Source: an uncultured archaeon (GTDB lineage Archaea > Asgardarchaeota > Thorarchaeia > Thorarchaeales > Thorarchaeaceae). Taken from it: 10,484 nucleotides of DNA. Under the pieces are notes generated by a model, which was given only the letters and a program-made list of their open reading frames with translations, made no database searches and had not been told where the DNA came from. Of this stretch, positions 9,001-10,484 are shown one piece after another. Numbering within the stretch: the first letter of the stretch is position 1; each line of letters starts with the position of its first letter. A program made the position numbers and the translations under genes. The stretch is taken from contig CAZPWM010000106.1 of assembly GCA_964590575.1 (NCBI GenBank), positions 1 through 10,484 on the forward strand, given 5' to 3'.

Positions 9001-10484
9001 GATGAAATACCAAAAGCGTTTCCTGAACATGCGACAGTGTTGAAGATAACCAGCTGCACTGTATCCCTTGACTGAATGATTCGCCAAGTACCTGAGACTT
9101 GGTGTGTTGCTGGGTTACCATTGACTGTAACTGTTCCATCTACAACAGGTGTATCATCATATTCATACTCTATTGTCACATCGATGTTGACACTATCGTA
9201 GATATTGACCCTATCGTCAGCGACAGAGTATCCCCTGACTACTACCTGATCCCAGATAACATCCTGAAACATACCATTCTGATCAATGACATCTATCCCA
9301 TAGGCTCCACTACTATATCCCACCAAGTTGTAGGTATTCATTGTCACTGTTGACTCAGAATCAGATATACGCCAAATCCCAGAGCCCTGGTGTGTAGCTG
9401 AGAAACCATTGATAGTGACTGTACCATCTGTTACAGGTGTGTCATCATAGTCATAATAGAGGGTCACATCTATGTTGACATTATCGTTTGTATTGACTCT
9501 AGTATCAATCACTGAATAGGACTGCACCTGGACTTGATCAGCAATGTAGGTGTCCTGAGCCGCACCCTGGAGTAGACTAGAACCACCAGCGCCGCTACCC
9601 TCTTCTACTACTATTACTGTGTATGTATCTTGACCAACCACATCATCAGAGTAACATGTGACACTGAAGACTCCAGATACCAAAATTAGGTCTGACCAAG
9701 GACCTACATTCGTGCCGTACTGAGATGCAGACACCCACACATCTGTTTCGTTAGACAAGGGATTGAGGGATGATCCAGAATATCTGATTGTGCCTGATAT
9801 CGTGAAAGCACCATCCAATGAGCCTCTGTTGTTTGTACCCGAGCCATCATCAACTGTCAGTCCAGTAATCTCAAGTCGAGTTTCAATATCCCAATTCACT
9901 TCGTAGAAGTCCTCATCAGAGTCTGAGCCATCTGTGACATACTGTTTGACATCAACATTCGTCAAGTCCACGTGATCCCAATCTATCTTAATCTCCCAAA
10001 TGATGCTCATGGTCTGACTTATCACCAAGGCTGAGGACCCTAAGCCCAGGGAGATATATGTTGAACCAACCTGAATAGTAAAGGAATCAGTACTTGCAGT
10101 GTATCTCACAATCCAAATTACCTGTGAGCGAGCATCATCATAGAGTGTGAGTTCTACATAGTCTATATCCCATGCCCCATCATTGTCACTCACGCTTGTA
10201 GATATCAAGTAGTACTTGTAACGGGCATACATATTATCGGTATCATCTGCGTTGGTTAATATGGGAGTACTATCATTCGTTGGTACTATATTTGGTGCTG
10301 CAGACCATGATACACGTTCTGTGTTGGTCAAGAAAGAGGTGATTCCATAGAGGGGCTCTGAGTTCACGCTAGACGCATTGTAGTCGTTTATGGTATCGCT
10401 CGCTGTGTCTATAAACAGACTCAAATTGTCAGTGGTGAAAGTATGCCAATAGCTTTTATTTCGAGCAATAGCAATCTCATATGT
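3..10484 (-). CDS. Internal fragment (>=3494 aa, open at both ends) of a giant repetitive extracellular/surface protein made of tandem IWD-terminated beta-sandwich (Ig-like) modules; probable archaeal surface glycoprotein or adhesin
   Basis: Manual translation of the minus frame (codon first bases at positions = 2 mod 3) shows no stop from 10484 to 3. The repeat-marking Trp codons (e.g. 9254, 8966, 8678, 8390, 8099, 7850, 7607, 7313, 7067, 6815, 6563, 5222, 4934, 4646, 4355, 4106, 3863, 3569, 3323, 3071, 1490, 1196, 902, 611, 323, 35) are all in this frame. Recurrent motifs: IWD, D-x-R-[IV]-N, Y[DE]YD, VTDGTVT[IV]NG, [YF]GI[TS]. Copies differ mostly at synonymous or conservative sites. The CDS call is near certain; the function is inferred. 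Confidence 0.95.
36..902 (-). repeat. Three A-type modules (A*, A, A); the array continues past the window edge
   Basis: Units of 291, 288 and 288 nt with VTDG-x-V/A-x-x-N, G-x-G-I-W and QN-x-Q...WD motifs. Confidence 0.88.
903..1781 (-). repeat. Three C-like (E) modules
   Basis: Units of 291, 294 and 294 nt. The last two share LWLEYD...GDSV-x-LDG-x-x-MTW...WF-x-L-x-R-x-QS-x-VGKW-x-Y-x-VNAS...TYGI; their MTW motif and 98-aa length match the C module. Confidence 0.8.
2121..2534 (-). other. X module copy 3 (138 aa), putative Ca2+-binding cadherin-like domain
   Basis: Motifs PNEIPTND, NADDTDNLYARY, VSDLDGFADID, IKVDWDH, QYVTDGSDTDEDFYEVNWD. Confidence 0.5.
2823..4355 (-). repeat. B-B-C-B-B-B block, copy 2
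   Basis: Units of 249, 243, 294, 246, 252 and 249 nt. The last boundary reads YCIFD instead of YCIWD. The C module is at 3570-3863. Confidence 0.9.
4356..5510 (-). repeat. Tandem array of four A-type modules
   Basis: Units of 288, 288, 288 and 291 nt with the same consensus as 8100-9542. Confidence 0.9.
5862..6275 (-). other. X module copy 2 (138 aa), putative Ca2+-binding cadherin-like domain
   Basis: Motifs PNKVPTND, NADDTDNMYARY, VSDGDGDWDID, IKIDWDH, QYVTDGTDFDQDFYEVNWD. Confidence 0.5.
6564..8099 (-). repeat. B-B-C-B-B-B block (81-84 aa B modules around a 98 aa C module), copy 1
   Basis: B consensus WDSLTI-x-ITD...QRIN...NASGI-x-V-x-A-x-YDYDG-x-x-YDG...LN-x-T-x-F...GDD-x-YGITAI...Y[CA]IW. 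The C module (7314-7607) contains YLNGTSMTWDPVDYRWEQQRSSPT. Confidence 0.9.
8100..9542 (-). repeat. Tandem array of five 96-97 aa A-type modules
   Basis: 288/291-nt period. Consensus WD-x-[VI]-x-V-x-x-Y...D-x-RVN...VTL-x-Y[DE]YDD-x-PVTDGTVTING-x-x-A-x-HQGSG-x-WRI...GN-x-FGI...[DN]QN...IW. Confidence 0.9.
9894..10307 (-). other. X module copy 1 (138 aa), putative Ca2+-binding cadherin-like domain
   Basis: Motifs PNIVPTND, NADDTDNMYARY, VSDNDGAWDID, IKIDWDH, QYVTDGSDSDEDFYEVNWD. The N-x-x-P ... D-x-D-G ... VTDG pattern resembles prokaryotic cadherin-like domains (inference). Confidence 0.5.
10308..10484 (-). repeat. C-terminal part of a D module from a preceding super-repeat
   Basis: TYEIAIARNKSYWHTFTTDNLSLFID...LYGITSF...RVSW aligns with the D modules at 6276-6563 (TYHVEVTRNATSWHSFTDSNKSLFVD) and 2535-2822 (TYQIMINRNGTHWRSFTDVNKSLFVD). 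Confidence 0.85.

Larger units (their letters stand above)
6276..10307 (-). repeat. Super-repeat copy 1 (4032 nt, 1344 aa): X-Y-A-A-A-A-A*-B-B-C-B-B-B-D
   Basis: Bounded by the Trp of VSWSAAPN at 10307 and 6275. Module lengths in nt are 414, 351, 288, 288, 288, 288, 291, 249, 243, 294, 246, 252, 252, 288, which sum to 4032. Confidence 0.92.

Noticed and set aside
930-9353. The 16 short ORFs (60-85 aa) in the supplied track
   Set aside because: All lie antisense or out of frame within the giant CDS. They show no recognisable motifs and are the expected shadow ORFs of a repetitive coding sequence.
10024-10050. Weak inverted-repeat-like stretch (ccaagggctgaggaccctaagcccaggg region) as a terminator or RNA structure
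   Set aside because: Pairing is short and imperfect, it lies inside the coding frame (SLGLGSSAL), it has no U-tract, and it is not conserved in the other X copies.
1-10484. CRISPR-like or non-coding repeat array suggested by recurring tcccaga/tcccata and tcatagtc words
   Set aside because: These are the reverse complements of IWD and YDYD codons. They vary at synonymous positions and are spaced 243-294 nt apart in multiples of three.

Overview
The whole window is the interior of one very large minus-strand gene that the supplied ORF track misses, because neither end of the gene is in the window. Manual translation of the frame starting at 10484 (ACA TAT GAG..., TYEIAIARNKSYWHTF...) runs without a stop to position 3 (...NLQSQVVIWDQVIVTGYSA), giving at least 3494 codons. 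The protein is rich in D/T/S/V/I/N/Y and poor in Lys. It consists of 35 complete and 2 partial beta-rich, probably Ig-like modules of 81-138 aa, most ending in an IWD motif. The modules fall into subtypes (X, Y, A, B, C/E, D) arranged as a higher-order repeat of about 1250-1350 aa: X-Y-A(4-5)-B-B-C-B-B-B-D. There are two complete copies (4032 and 3741 nt), a divergent third copy, and the tail of an earlier one. The most likely product is a giant archaeal-type surface glycoprotein or adhesin; a resemblance to Thorarchaeota (Asgard) giant proteins is from memory only. Notable signals: N-glycosylation sequons are absent from all 12 A modules but present in all 24 other modules; a cadherin-like DxDG domain starts each super-repeat; and there are traces of gene conversion and sub-module swapping. 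No RNA genes, CRISPR array, mobile element or regulatory site is supported. All counts are manual.
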